Shown in pieces: positions 36,315 to 45,920 of a DNA stretch of 64,000 nt (positions within the stretch are counted from its first letter, which is position 1; each line of letters opens with the position of its first letter). The stretch is from an uncultured delta proteobacterium (GTDB lineage Bacteria > Myxococcota_A > Polyangia > Polyangiales > Polyangiaceae): contig CAVOKF010000003.1 of the NCBI GenBank assembly GCA_963696385.1, positions 160,001-224,000 on the forward strand, in the 5' to 3' direction. The notes under the pieces are model-generated. The model was not told where the DNA came from. It ran no database searches and saw only the letters and a program-made list of their open reading frames with translations. A program made the position numbers and the translations under genes.

Positions 36315-38066
36315 ATGACCGAGCGCCGATGCGTGCACTGCGGCCAAACGTTGGCCGAAGGAGCCAACTTTTGCGCTGAGTGCGGGGCTCCCAGCGGGCC
36401 GTCTCGCCCTTCTTCCACGACGACGTCGCCCGCCGCAACGAGCGCCCCAACGCCGACGACAGCCGCCGCTTTGGCCACGCCGACCGCGTCGACCACCTTG
36501 CTGCACTTCGGAACACTGGCCGGGCCGGCAGCCGACGCGGCGTCGCCCGCGAAACGTTCTAACCCTGACTTGAGCCGGACCATGATCGGCATGGCCGACC
36601 CACCCACCGGTGCCCCGCGGGGTTCGGCTCCGCAGCCGCCCGTCCAGAATCCGGCGAGGCAAACGATGCTCGGGGTCGCTGTTCCCGGAATCGCCCCGCT
36701 TCGTGCTGGTGAGCCCCCTTCGCCCGCTTACCCTCGTGCCCGGGACGAGGCACCGGTGAACGTTGCGGCGGTTTCGGCGTCCGCGCGGACCCCTTCCCCC
36801 GCGAGCGCCGCGGCGCCACCGCCCGAACCCCTCGCCGATATACCGACTCCGGTCCCGCCGCGACTCGCCGCAAGGCGCGGCGTACCGATCACGGCGGTAG
36901 CGCTCTTGACCGCGTCTTTCGTTCTTGTCGCCGGACTCACAACAGCCTGGTTGTGGCGCGGATCTCCACCCATCGCCGCGGAGGCGCGATCTTCACCCGA
37001 CGGACGAGACGTCATCTCCCTGCACTGCGACCCCAGCAGCTGTCGAGACGGCACCACGGTCGAGGCCGGTGGCGCCAAGGGAACCTTCGCTGCGGGGGAA
37101 GTGGAACTCGTGCTAGCCGATTCGCTGCACGTCGGTCCCAATCGGCTCTCTCTGCGCGTCGATCGGCCCGGTATGGGCCGCGACGAGGTGTTGTCGCTCC
37201 TCGTTCCGGTGGCGTATCGCGTACGCGCCGACGTCTCCACGATGAACGGCCCGCGTCCGTCTATCGTCATCCGCGTCGACGCTGCGCCGGGTAGCGACGT
37301 GACCCTGGACGGAAAGAATCTAACGCTCGATCCGCACGGTGCGGGCGCCTACGCAGTCGACGAATCGTCTGCGACCGAAGGGCCTGCGGACGAATCCCGC
37401 GTCGTCGCTCTTGACGTCGGCTACCGGGTCACCGCTTCGGGGCGCGAGGCAGGGCGCGGGACCGTCAGCGCCCGCGTGGCGGTCGCTCCTCTTCACGTCG
37501 ATGTGCCGGGCTCCCACGCCGTCGTGACTCGTGACGCCATCGTGATCGCCGGACGCGCGGCGAAGGGCGCATCGGTCAGCGTGGACGGCAACTCGGTCGA
37601 CGTCGACGCCGACGGTCTCTTCGAGACCAGCGTAACGATCCCTGGGCTCGGCGAACGGACCCTTGAGGTGCGCACCCTGACCCCGGTCCTCGTCGCACGG
37701 ACCGTGCACGTTCTGGTCAAGCGGGTGGCCAGCCTTGCGTCCGAGGCCAGGGACTTCGAACGCCAGAACCTCATCGGATACGACGCGGCCGTCGCGAGCT
37801 CGGCCGATAGCGTCGGCCGACCCGTGGTCGTCGAGGGCGATGTCATCGAGTCGCGGACATTCGGACATCGCACAGTCGCACTGGTCGACGATCGGCGCGG
37901 ATGCGCTCGGGGGCCCTGTCTAGCGCGCGTCGTGATCCGCCAGGATGTTGCGATTGTGACGGGCAAAATGGTCCGTGCGTACGGTCACTTCACCCATCCG
38001 TATGCGACCTCTCCGGGGCAAACCGTGCCCGAGGTCGAAGCCGACTTCATCAGTTCCGGGAAATGA
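36315..38066 (+). CDS. Zinc-ribbon bitopic membrane protein with a Pro/Thr-rich linker and periplasmic Ig-like domains
   Basis: CVHCG..FCAECG; TM at about residues 195-217; beta-rich C-terminus. Confidence 0.8.
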   Translation: MTERRCVHCGQTLAEGANFCAECGAPSGPSRPSSTTTSPAATSAPTPTTAAALATPTASTTLLHFGTLAGPAADAASPAKRSNPDLSRTMIGMADPPTGAPRGSAPQPPVQNPARQTMLGVAVPGIAPLRAGEPPSPAYPRARDEAPVNVAAVSASARTPSPASAAAPPPEPLADIPTPVPPRLAARRGVPITAVALLTASFVLVAGLTTAWLWRGSPPIAAEARSSPDGRDVISLHCDPSSCRDGTTVEAGGAKGTFAAGEVELVLADSLHVGPNRLSLRVDRPGMGRDEVLSLLVPVAYRVRADVSTMNGPRPSIVIRVDAAPGSDVTLDGKNLTLDPHGAGAYAVDESSATEGPADESRVVALDVGYRVTASGREAGRGTVSARVAVAPLHVDVPGSHAVVTRDAIVIAGRAAKGASVSVDGNSVDVDADGLFETSVTIPGLGERTLEVRTLTPVLVARTVHVLVKRVASLASEARDFERQNLIGYDAAVASSADSVGRPVVVEGDVIESRTFGHRTVALVDDRRGCARGPCLARVVIRQDVAIVTGKMVRAYGHFTHPYATSPGQTVPEVEADFISSGK

Positions 38067-39406
38067 CGACCCAAGCCCAGGTCGCGTGTGCGGCGATCGC
38101 TTTCGCCGCAGCATGCGCTGCGGGCCATCTGGCCGCTCGTGGACAGGGCGTGGACGTCGAACGACCGAGGACGATCGTGGTCGGACACGCCGCCTGCGGC
38201 GCGCCGGTGGATCGAATCGACACCGCGCGCACGGGGCTCGCCCGCACTTTCTTGCCGTCGACGGCGCTGCGCAGCCCATGGCGGATGTCGTTGGGAATGC
38301 CGGTAGACCACGCCCCGCTGATCGACGCGCGCGGCCAGATTTACGTGGTCGGAAATCAAGGCGAAATCGTGACGGTGTCACCCCGTGGCGACGAGCAATG
38401 GCGTGTGTCGACAGGAGGAGTCCAGGCGGGACCGGCCGCCCTTCTTTCGGACGACACGGTCGTCTTCGTCGACGGGGCTGGAGAGGCGCTCGGAGTGCGC
38501 GAAGGGACCCTCCGCTTTCGCACCCCGATCGGATCGCCGAGTGCCGCCCGCGCGGCGCCGCTTCCCTTGGACGACGGCGGCGTCGTGGTCGCTGCCGGCC
38601 GCGAGTTTGCCATGCTCGATTCGCAGGGCCGTCCAAGGGCCAACATCGAACTCCCTGAAGCGTCGGCGAACCCGATCGTTGCCGCGATGGGGAAAGTGGT
38701 CATCGTGACGACGAGCGGTGCGGTTTGGATCTGGCCACCGGGGGCGGCGGAGGCTATCCAGGTCGGCACTTTCGGTACTCCCATCGATGGCGGAGCCGGT
38801 CTGGCCGATAATCATACTCTCGTTGCCGTCACTGCAACCCATGCGCACTTGTACGCCATCGACCTGGTCGGGGGCACAACGACTGTTCGCGCGCGATCCA
38901 CCGGCGACCTCTGGCTTGGTCCGCCCGCGATGTTCGGCTCTACCGCGAATGTGACCGCTCTTTCGGCGGCCGGCGAGCAGATGGTCTCCGTCGATGCGGC
39001 CGGCGTAGAGACCCACACTGCGGTCGTAGTCAACACGGCATCGGCCCCCGACGGGGGCCTCGACGGGTGGTTGCCGCTTGCGCGCACGCCACCCTTGATC
39101 GACGCGTTGGGCCGTGTGGCGTTCGCGACGTTGGACGGGAGCGTGGCGGTTGCCGAGAGATCGAACGCCAACGGCGGCGTCGAAGTCGAGCGCCTTGCGC
39201 ACGTGTGCTTCCCCGAGCTCACCGGCGCTGCGAAAAGCGAATCTCCCATCGCAGGATTGGCTCCGCTGCGACCCTATGCGCTCGTGGCCGTCTGCCGGTC
39301 CGGAACAATGGTCGCCGTCGAAGGCTACGTCCGAGGCGAAGCGGCCACCTCGATAAGCGGTCAGGCCGAAGCGCGTACTGGCGAGCGTTGCCAAGGGCAC
39401 TTATAG
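38063..39406 (+). CDS. PQQ-like beta-propeller secreted protein
   Basis: Signal peptide; repeated P.I...G..YV..G..W blades; ATGA overlap. Confidence 0.75.
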   Translation: MTTQAQVACAAIAFAAACAAGHLAARGQGVDVERPRTIVVGHAACGAPVDRIDTARTGLARTFLPSTALRSPWRMSLGMPVDHAPLIDARGQIYVVGNQGEIVTVSPRGDEQWRVSTGGVQAGPAALLSDDTVVFVDGAGEALGVREGTLRFRTPIGSPSAARAAPLPLDDGGVVVAAGREFAMLDSQGRPRANIELPEASANPIVAAMGKVVIVTTSGAVWIWPPGAAEAIQVGTFGTPIDGGAGLADNHTLVAVTATHAHLYAIDLVGGTTTVRARSTGDLWLGPPAMFGSTANVTALSAAGEQMVSVDAAGVETHTAVVVNTASAPDGGLDGWLPLARTPPLIDALGRVAFATLDGSVAVAERSNANGGVEVERLAHVCFPELTGAAKSESPIAGLAPLRPYALVAVCRSGTMVAVEGYVRGEAATSISGQAEARTGERCQGHL

Positions 39407-39484
39407 TACGGTTGACTCGGATCCAACGAGGGCAGCGTTACGAGGCCGTAACGCGAGCGACCTCACGAAGCGTAAGGTAAAGCC

Positions 39485-39808
39485 ATGATTACGATCACAG
39501 AGAAGGCCGCGCTCAAGGTCAAGGAAATCGCCGAGGCCGAAAATCTTCTTGGCCAAGGTTTGCGACTGCGTGTCATGGGCGGTGGGTGCGCCGGCTTTAG
39601 TTACGACCTGTATTTCGAAGACAAGTTGGGTGAGACGGATGAGCAGTTCGAGTCGAACGGCGTCAAGCTCTTCGTCGATCCGATGAGCTATCAGTACCTC
39701 GAAAACGTCGAAATTGACTATGTCGAGGGTCTGCACGGCGCAGGCTTCAAGTTCAATAACCCGAACTCGAAAGGTTCCTGCGGCTGCGGCTCGTCCTTTT
39801 CGGCCTAA
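39485..39808 (+). CDS. A-type Fe-S carrier (IscA/ErpA, HesB family)
   Basis: ITITEKAA, GGGCAGFSY, FNNPNSKGSCGCGSSF. Confidence 0.95.
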   Translation: MITITEKAALKVKEIAEAENLLGQGLRLRVMGGGCAGFSYDLYFEDKLGETDEQFESNGVKLFVDPMSYQYLENVEIDYVEGLHGAGFKFNNPNSKGSCGCGSSFSA

Positions 39809-39851
39809 ATACAGCGCCCCGTTGGACGCTACCCCGCTGCGCAGGTCTGAG

Positions 39852-39971
39852 TTGCAGGCTGGGCCTGTCCTTAAGCGGATTTCCTGGGGGCTTCGCCCCA
39901 ACCCCCCAAGCGCCTCCCGGCGTGTGCACTGCACTGCACCGCCCCGCTGACCCTTTGCCCTTGGGGCGGTG
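39852..39971 (-). repeat. Dispersed structured repeat copy
   Basis: Reverse-complement match to 27709-27823, including the GGGGC-TTC-GCCCC hairpin. Confidence 0.75.
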
Positions 39972-40091
39972 GGCTCAAGAACAGATAGACGCCCCGAACG
40001 CCGCGTTCCGCAGTGCGGCCGAGCGGCGCCGATCGATTCAAGGTCCGCTTTCGCCGAGCGCGCACCGGAAAAGGTTCCGGCCCCCTGCTGG

Positions 40092-40120
40092 TCGACGCAG
40101 GACTCAAACGTGCGTAAAGT
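40092..40120 (+). promoter_or_regulatory. Candidate promoter of rnpB
   Basis: TCGACG-17 nt-TAAAGT ending 7 nt before the predicted RNA 5' end. Confidence 0.45.
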
Positions 40121-40127
40121 GACCCGT

Positions 40128-40548
40128 GTCGACGCCGCTCAGGCAATCGCTCGCTGCGCGTCCGGCAGCGGGAGGAAAGTCCGAGCTCCATAGAGCACGA
40201 TGCCGGATAACGTCCGGTGGCGGAAACGCCGAGGAGAGTGCCACAGAAAAGCAGACCACCGCCGCAATCGCTTCGGCGATCCGGCGGCAAGGGTGAAAAG
40301 GCGGGGTAAGAGCCCACCGCGCTCACGGTGACGTGATCGGCACGGCAAACCCCATCGGGAGCAAGGCCGCATAGGCAGGCGCCTCGACGCGTCCGGCGAC
40401 GGAGTCGTCGAGTCGAAGGGCGGCTCGTCCGAGCCTGCGGGTAGGCCGCTTGAGGCGTCGGGCAACCGGCGTCCCAGAGGAATGATTGCCTCCGCGGACG
40501 GGGTGACCCGCCCGTGAGACAGAACTCGGCTTACAGAGCGACATCGAC
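40128..40548 (+). ncRNA. rnpB: RNase P RNA (bacterial type A)
   Basis: GAGGAAAGTCCGAGCTC, AGTGCCACAGAAA, GGGTGAAA.GG.GGGGTAAGAGCCCACCG, GGCAAACCCC..GGAGCAAG, ACAGAACTCGGCTTA; P1 pairing GTCGACGCCGCTC / GAGCGACATCGAC. Confidence 0.97.
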
Positions 40549-41946
40549 CCGTTCGCCCGAGCTCATCCGCTCGGGCGAATGGCTTTTATCCCGGGTTCGA
40601 GTGGGTCTCCGAGTGGCTGGTGCAGCGAATGCCAACGCGGCCACGAAGGGTGCCACGACAAGGCCATAACGTCCGGAGCCGAAAAATGCTGCATGGATTG
40701 CCACAGTCGCCAGGATGACTGCGGCCGTCACCGGCAAGATGGATGGTGCGCGGGTGAGTGATCGCCGACCCAAAAAGACCAAGCACGTTGCGACGCCGAT
40801 GTAACCGAGCCATCCGTGCACAGTCAGGGTTGCCGCGGCGCCGGCGAATGCCACGCCCTTGCGCGCCCCCATCCGCGGGCCATCCACGCGCGCCGAGGCC
40901 ACCAGCGCACCCAGCAAGAAGAGCCGGCAGACGATCGTCTCGAAACTCAGTAGGACGATTCGGGCGTTGTCATCGAAGGCCCCGGCGTTGCTTGCGTGCA
41001 GGTACCATGGCGCCGCCCCGAAGTAATCGAGGGTCATCGCGATCTTCGCGGGTGCGCGGGCCAACCAGGCCTCCGGCGCGTGCGCGATTTCGCTCAACGC
41101 CGAGCGTTGAAAGCACGCGTCTTTGGCCGCCTCGTCCCAGACCGTCGAACAGACGGCCGGAACGGTCACCGGCGCCCAGCCACCCGAACGCGTTGTCGCT
41201 CCAATGAGCAAATTCCAGCCCCCATTCACGCTGACAAGAGCGCATCGGTGCATCCTCCAGCAGTTTCGCACCGTCCAGGGGCCGATGCAGCCGAGCGCGA
41301 TGGCGGTCACGGCGGCGGCGCGCGCGAGCCGTGGCGCACGGGCAGTGGCGGCTTTGGCACTCAACACTCCGAACACAGGGGCGAGGACCAAGGACTGGGG
41401 ACGGACCAGCGTGGCAGCGGCCATGACGATCCCCAGCGCAACGAGCCAGGGCGCGGCACGTTCGGACGCGCGCGCGCGTGTGGCGAACGCGGCAGCCACG
41501 AGCAGCAAGGACGCCGTGACTCCTTCGGTCATGATGGCCACGGTGTACGGCACCAACGCGGGATGGAGGGCCACTGCCAGCCCTGCCGCGAGCGGTCGCC
41601 AGCGGGCAACCCCGGGGCCATCCACCAGACTGTGGGTCGCATAGGCCCCCGCGGCCCCGAGGCCCGCTTGGATGAGCATGGCGACGGTCGTCGAAGCTCC
41701 GAAGATCGCGTATCCAACGGCCAGGATGGCGGGGTAGCCCACGGGGTAATGGGCCGCATACGTGGTCAGGCCGTCCGGCCAGAGCCACGTGTATCCTGCG
41801 CCGCTCGCGAGACGACGGGCTAGAATGTCGTAATAGTGCCCATCCTCGACGGCGGGGAATCGCCCGTGCGCCCACGCAACGACTCCGAGTCGAACGACGA
41901 GCGCCACAGCCAGAGAGAACCACGCGTCGGCCCGTCCGGGTGTCAC
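40531..41946 (-). CDS. GT-C (ArnT/PMT-like, family 39) membrane glycosyltransferase
   Basis: EDGHYY loop, YPVGYP, MTE, LVRP, PWTVRN, NGGWNL; many TM helices; GTGA overlap with maf. Confidence 0.8.
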   Translation of the reverse strand: MTPGRADAWFSLAVALVVRLGVVAWAHGRFPAVEDGHYYDILARRLASGAGYTWLWPDGLTTYAAHYPVGYPAILAVGYAIFGASTTVAMLIQAGLGAAGAYATHSLVDGPGVARWRPLAAGLAVALHPALVPYTVAIMTEGVTASLLLVAAAFATRARASERAAPWLVALGIVMAAATLVRPQSLVLAPVFGVLSAKAATARAPRLARAAAVTAIALGCIGPWTVRNCWRMHRCALVSVNGGWNLLIGATTRSGGWAPVTVPAVCSTVWDEAAKDACFQRSALSEIAHAPEAWLARAPAKIAMTLDYFGAAPWYLHASNAGAFDDNARIVLLSFETIVCRLFLLGALVASARVDGPRMGARKGVAFAGAAATLTVHGWLGYIGVATCLVFLGRRSLTRAPSILPVTAAVILATVAIHAAFFGSGRYGLVVAPFVAALAFAAPATRRPTRTRDKSHSPERMSSGERVDVAL

Positions 41947-42551
41947 GGAGCCTCGAGCCAACCAAGCGCGCGGAGCGCCGCGAAGACTTCGCAAAGCGGG
42001 AGCCCGACCACGTTGGTGTAGCTCCCGTCGATTCGCCGAATGAACATGGCCGCCGATCCCTGGATGGCGTATCCGCCCGCCTTGTCCCTTCCCTCGCCGT
42101 TGACGGCGTAGGCGCTCGCCTCGTCGGGTTCGATCTCGCGAAACATCACGCGGGTCGTGATCGTCTCGGCACACGCCGGGCTCGCACCCGATGGATTCTC
42201 GGCGAGAAGGAAGCGCGTACTTACCTCGTGTACCGCTCCGGCGAGCCTCAAGATCATCGACCGAGCCTCGTTGACGTCCCGGGGCTTTCCGAGCAAGGCG
42301 CCGTCCGGCGCGATAACAATCGTGTCGGCGACAAGGCATGCTCCCGAGGGCGAGAGATCGAGCGCTCTCACGGCGTCGAGCTTGGCGCGCGCGACGCGCA
42401 CCAGGTAGCTTTGTGCGGATTCCGCGGGCTGCGCGCTTTCATCGATGTCCACGGAGCGCACCACGAAAGGAATCCCGGCCAGTCGCAGCAGCTCGGACCG
42501 CCGCGACGAAGCGCTTCCGAGAACGAGCGGCGATGCTCGCGAGATTCGCAC
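41943..42551 (-). CDS. maf: Maf-family nucleoside triphosphate pyrophosphatase
   Basis: LVLGSASSRRSELL, ADTIV, LGKP, DKAGGYAIQG, GSYTNVVGLP. Confidence 0.94.
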   Translation of the reverse strand: MRISRASPLVLGSASSRRSELLRLAGIPFVVRSVDIDESAQPAESAQSYLVRVARAKLDAVRALDLSPSGACLVADTIVIAPDGALLGKPRDVNEARSMILRLAGAVHEVSTRFLLAENPSGASPACAETITTRVMFREIEPDEASAYAVNGEGRDKAGGYAIQGSAAMFIRRIDGSYTNVVGLPLCEVFAALRALGWLEAP

Positions 42552-42590
42552 GCGCGCTGATTACCATAACGGTGATAAGGTCTGCCGCCG

Positions 42591-43601
42591 ATGCGCCCAC
42601 GCATCGCGCTTGTCGCGTTTTCTTGCGCCGCGTCGCTGACGCTCGCTGTCCGCCATTCTGCGGCGACGGACTGCTTCGGCATTTACAGCCCGTGTGTCAA
42701 TGACGATACGTTGTGGCCCCACGCCGGGTACGCGCGCTTCGAAAGCGTCGGATCCACGCAGACCATCGCTCCGCAGCAACTCGGCTTCGGTCTGGTCGCC
42801 AGCTACTTGTCGCGCCCTGTCGTTTTTCAGTTCCGCATGCCCAACGCATCGAGCGATCCATACGCCGTCGACAACCAGGGCGACGCCACGTTCTTGTGGT
42901 CCTACGGCATCGCCCGCCGGTTGGAACTCGACCTCGCGCTGCCGCTCACGATCGGCCAGAACGGAGCCGGGCTGAGTGCCGTGACCGGTGGAGGCCCCCT
43001 GAAGAACACCGCAGTTCGCGACATGCGGTTCGGTTTGATGTACACGATCGTGCCACACCAAGTGTCCACCCTGCAGGGCGGTCAAGGCGGGGTTGCTGCC
43101 CGCTTCGAGGTCAGTGCCCCGACGGGCGACCGCGACGAGTTCGCGGGCGAGCAATCGGGGGTGCTTTCGCCGAGTGTCGTCGCCGACTTCCGCGACGGCC
43201 CATGGTTGTTCGGAGCCGAATTGGGTTTGAGGCTGCGGCCGACGACCGAAGTCGCGGGGGCCCAGATCGGGTCCCAAGTGTTCACTTCGCTTGGCGTCGG
43301 TGTCGAGATTCTGCCGAGGGATTTGTTCACGGCGGCCGTCGAGGCGTGGGCGCTGCCGACGCTCGTGGGACAGGACACCCTGATTTTTCAAGACGACGCG
43401 GTCGTCAACCAGCCAAACGGAAAGTGGCTCGTGCCCGCCGAATGGCAGCTCACGGCGAGAACTGCACCGACGACTTGGGGCGACGTGTCGGTTCAGCTCG
43501 GCGGGGGCGGTGCGCTGCCCTTGACCGGCGAAATTCCCGTGACGACACCGCGTTTTCGCTTCACTTTGGCAATCCGCTGGGCGCCTACTCGCGCGCCATA
43601 G
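42591..43601 (+). CDS. Secreted protein, probable outer-membrane beta-barrel
   Basis: Signal peptide; alternating amphipathic strands, PTG..D.FAGE, P.FR C-terminus. Confidence 0.7.
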   Translation: MRPRIALVAFSCAASLTLAVRHSAATDCFGIYSPCVNDDTLWPHAGYARFESVGSTQTIAPQQLGFGLVASYLSRPVVFQFRMPNASSDPYAVDNQGDATFLWSYGIARRLELDLALPLTIGQNGAGLSAVTGGGPLKNTAVRDMRFGLMYTIVPHQVSTLQGGQGGVAARFEVSAPTGDRDEFAGEQSGVLSPSVVADFRDGPWLFGAELGLRLRPTTEVAGAQIGSQVFTSLGVGVEILPRDLFTAAVEAWALPTLVGQDTLIFQDDAVVNQPNGKWLVPAEWQLTARTAPTTWGDVSVQLGGGGALPLTGEIPVTTPRFRFTLAIRWAPTRAP

Positions 43602-43652
43602 TCCGCGCAATCATCCCACGACGGTTTCGACCAACCTGGTATCAAGCGGCAC

Positions 43653-44486
43653 GTGACCTTCCGAGTTCATCGCAGCCAGAAATCCCGCCGTGTGGTCTTC
43701 CGCGCGTCGGGCGGCGAGTCTTTGCCCGATGCGCTCCTCACCTGCTTGCGCCAGGAGCAGGTTTCATGCGGCTGGCTGCGCGCGAGTGGTGTACTCATCG
43801 AGGTCGAGCTTCGCGTCTTCGACGCGGCCCTGAGCGCCTTAGGCGGTACTCGGCGTTTCGCCGGCCCCGTTCAGGTCCTCATGCTCGAGGGCGGGGTGGG
43901 GCTCTCGGGCGGCGAACCGTCCGTGTCGCTGCGTGCGCTCCTCTCTCAGGAGACCGACGCTCGGCTGGAGACCGTGGGGGGAGAGATCGCGAGCGCGCGC
44001 ATCGTGGCCTTCGAAGGCATGCTGGAGGTGTTCGACAATCTGCAGCTCGAGCGCTCGCTCGACGAATCGGCTGGCATCTGGCTGTTTCGCAGGGAGGCAG
44101 GCGGAACGCCGCAGCAACCGACGGCTGCGTCGCGGCCCGCTCTCGCATCCGGGTGGACGACGGCACTCGAGGCGAGCGCCGAGACCGATCGCGAACCAGG
44201 CGCTCATCCGCGCTCAGGGGAGGGCGGCGCCATGCCGGCCCCGATCCGGTATCAGCGGCAAGCTCGCCCCGGCGCAGACCTGGACGCGCCCGTCCCCGAG
44301 CCCGGCGACATCGTCGAGCACTTTGCGTTCGGCCCATGCGACGTCGTCAAGAGCGACGGCGATCGTTTGCATCTTCGCGTGCACAAGGACGGCCGCATCC
44401 GAGAAATCGCGCTCGAAATGCTTCGCGTCGCGCGTCTCGACGATGCCACGGGGGCGCGGCGCTTCAGGCTCGAGCGAAGAATATGA
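43653..44486 (+). CDS. PPC/DUF296-like domain protein with a C-terminal extension
   Basis: GESL.DAL, G.L..VEL, L.LEG, VGG, LER..DE..GI.L pattern; His motif absent. Confidence 0.65.
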   Translation: MTFRVHRSQKSRRVVFRASGGESLPDALLTCLRQEQVSCGWLRASGVLIEVELRVFDAALSALGGTRRFAGPVQVLMLEGGVGLSGGEPSVSLRALLSQETDARLETVGGEIASARIVAFEGMLEVFDNLQLERSLDESAGIWLFRREAGGTPQQPTAASRPALASGWTTALEASAETDREPGAHPRSGEGGAMPAPIRYQRQARPGADLDAPVPEPGDIVEHFAFGPCDVVKSDGDRLHLRVHKDGRIREIALEMLRVARLDDATGARRFRLERRI

Positions 44487-44596
44487 TGTGTCCTCGTGGC
44501 GACGAAGCGATGGGAGGCGTGACGGTTCGCTTGACGCTGCCTCTTGGAAACGATTAAGCCACGGCCAGGCAGTTTCTCGACAGATTGGAGGAATGG

Positions 44597-45148
44597 ATGA
44601 TGAGTCCGCATGGTCGCCATCTGGCCCGGGTCGCTCTCGCGCTCGCGGTCTCTTCGCTTTTGGCTTGCGGCGAAGAGCCTCCCCCGAAGACGGCCCAGGC
44701 CGTGGCGCCCCAGCCCTCGGCGACGCCACCGGCCAATCGCCTTCCATCGCAACCGCCCGACTCACCGACCGCGAGTGCCGTGCGCATCTCGGACGAAATC
44801 GTGAAGGCGTGCGGGATCAGCGAACCAGACGCTTACTTTGCGTTCGACTCGGCTCACCTGCGGCCGGACGACACTCGGGTGTTGGACCAGGTCACCGCGT
44901 GTTTCTCCACCGGGCCGCTCAAGGGACGCACGCTGAAGCTCGTCGGTCATGCCGATCCTCGCGGGGGCAGCGACTACAATATGACCTTGGGCCAATCCAG
45001 AGCCGACTCGGTTGCCGGGTACATGCTCGGGCATGGAATGGATCGGTCGAAGACGGAGTCGACCTCCCGTGGCGCCATCGATGCCACGGGCACCGACGAG
45101 CCCACGTGGGCTCGCGATCGACGCGTCGACCTGATGGTTGGACAGTGA
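44597..45148 (+). CDS. pal: Peptidoglycan-associated lipoprotein (Pal/OmpA family)
   Basis: Lipobox LLAC; YFAFDS, GHADPRG..YN..LGQSRA, DRRV; precedes tolQRAB. Confidence 0.82.
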   Translation: MMSPHGRHLARVALALAVSSLLACGEEPPPKTAQAVAPQPSATPPANRLPSQPPDSPTASAVRISDEIVKACGISEPDAYFAFDSAHLRPDDTRVLDQVTACFSTGPLKGRTLKLVGHADPRGGSDYNMTLGQSRADSVAGYMLGHGMDRSKTESTSRGAIDATGTDEPTWARDRRVDLMVGQ

Positions 45149-45164
45149 CCGCTCGAGCCGACCG

Positions 45165-45905
45165 ATGATTCGCCTTCAGGCCACGCCGGGGGCGGCCCTT
45201 GCGGCAGACGCGCCCATGATGCGCCTGGATCTCGTCGCCCTCTTTACCCATGCCGCGTGGCCGATCAAGATGACGATCGGGTTGCTCATCGGATGCTCGC
45301 TCCTCGTGTGGATCATTTCGGTGCTCAAGTTCTTGCAGCTCGCGCGGCTGTACGTCACGCAGTCCGACTTTGATCGCAGGGCGCGGCATGCCGGGTCGAT
45401 CGCGGAGCTGTTCGAACTGGCGCAATCGCACCGATCGCCCGGCGCCCGGGTGATTGGCCAGGTGTACGCTCGGGGCGCGGGAGCGCAGATGGCGCGGCTC
45501 CGGGCGCTCGCCGATCGGGCGATCGTCACGGAGGCCCATGGCGCACGGGAGCTCATGTGGTTATTGGCCTTCATTGCCGCGGGAAGCCCGTTCATCGGCC
45601 TCTTCGGTACGGTCTACGGAATCATGGACGCGTTCATTCGCATCGGAGCCGCCAAGACGGCGAGTCTGCCCGTCGTCGCGCCGGCGATCGGCGAGGCTCT
45701 CATCACGACGGCGATAGGCCTCGCGGCGGCGATTCCGGCCGTTTTCTTTTACAACTGGATCGACAAGCGAATCGGCGACTTCGTGGTCGAGCTCGAGGCG
45801 GCGACCGCCGAGTGGGTGGCGCTGATGGCTGAGCACGCACCCGCGGCCGACGGCGCGATTCCGCTCGTTGCCAACGCTCGCCCCGGCGGCTACCGGTCGC
45901 GGTAG
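45165..45905 (+). CDS. tolQ: TolQ/ExbB/MotA proton-channel protein
   Basis: SPFIGLFGTVYGIMDAF, VAPAIGEALITTAIGLAAAIPAV. Confidence 0.88.
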   Translation: MIRLQATPGAALAADAPMMRLDLVALFTHAAWPIKMTIGLLIGCSLLVWIISVLKFLQLARLYVTQSDFDRRARHAGSIAELFELAQSHRSPGARVIGQVYARGAGAQMARLRALADRAIVTEAHGARELMWLLAFIAAGSPFIGLFGTVYGIMDAFIRIGAAKTASLPVVAPAIGEALITTAIGLAAAIPAVFFYNWIDKRIGDFVVELEAATAEWVALMAEHAPAADGAIPLVANARPGGYRSR

Positions 45906-45920
45906 CCGGAGAAGCACGCG

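Noticed and set aside
44545..44559. GG-N10-GC as a sigma54 promoter for pal
   Set aside because: Lacks the TGGCAC and TTGC consensus; such spacing occurs often by chance.
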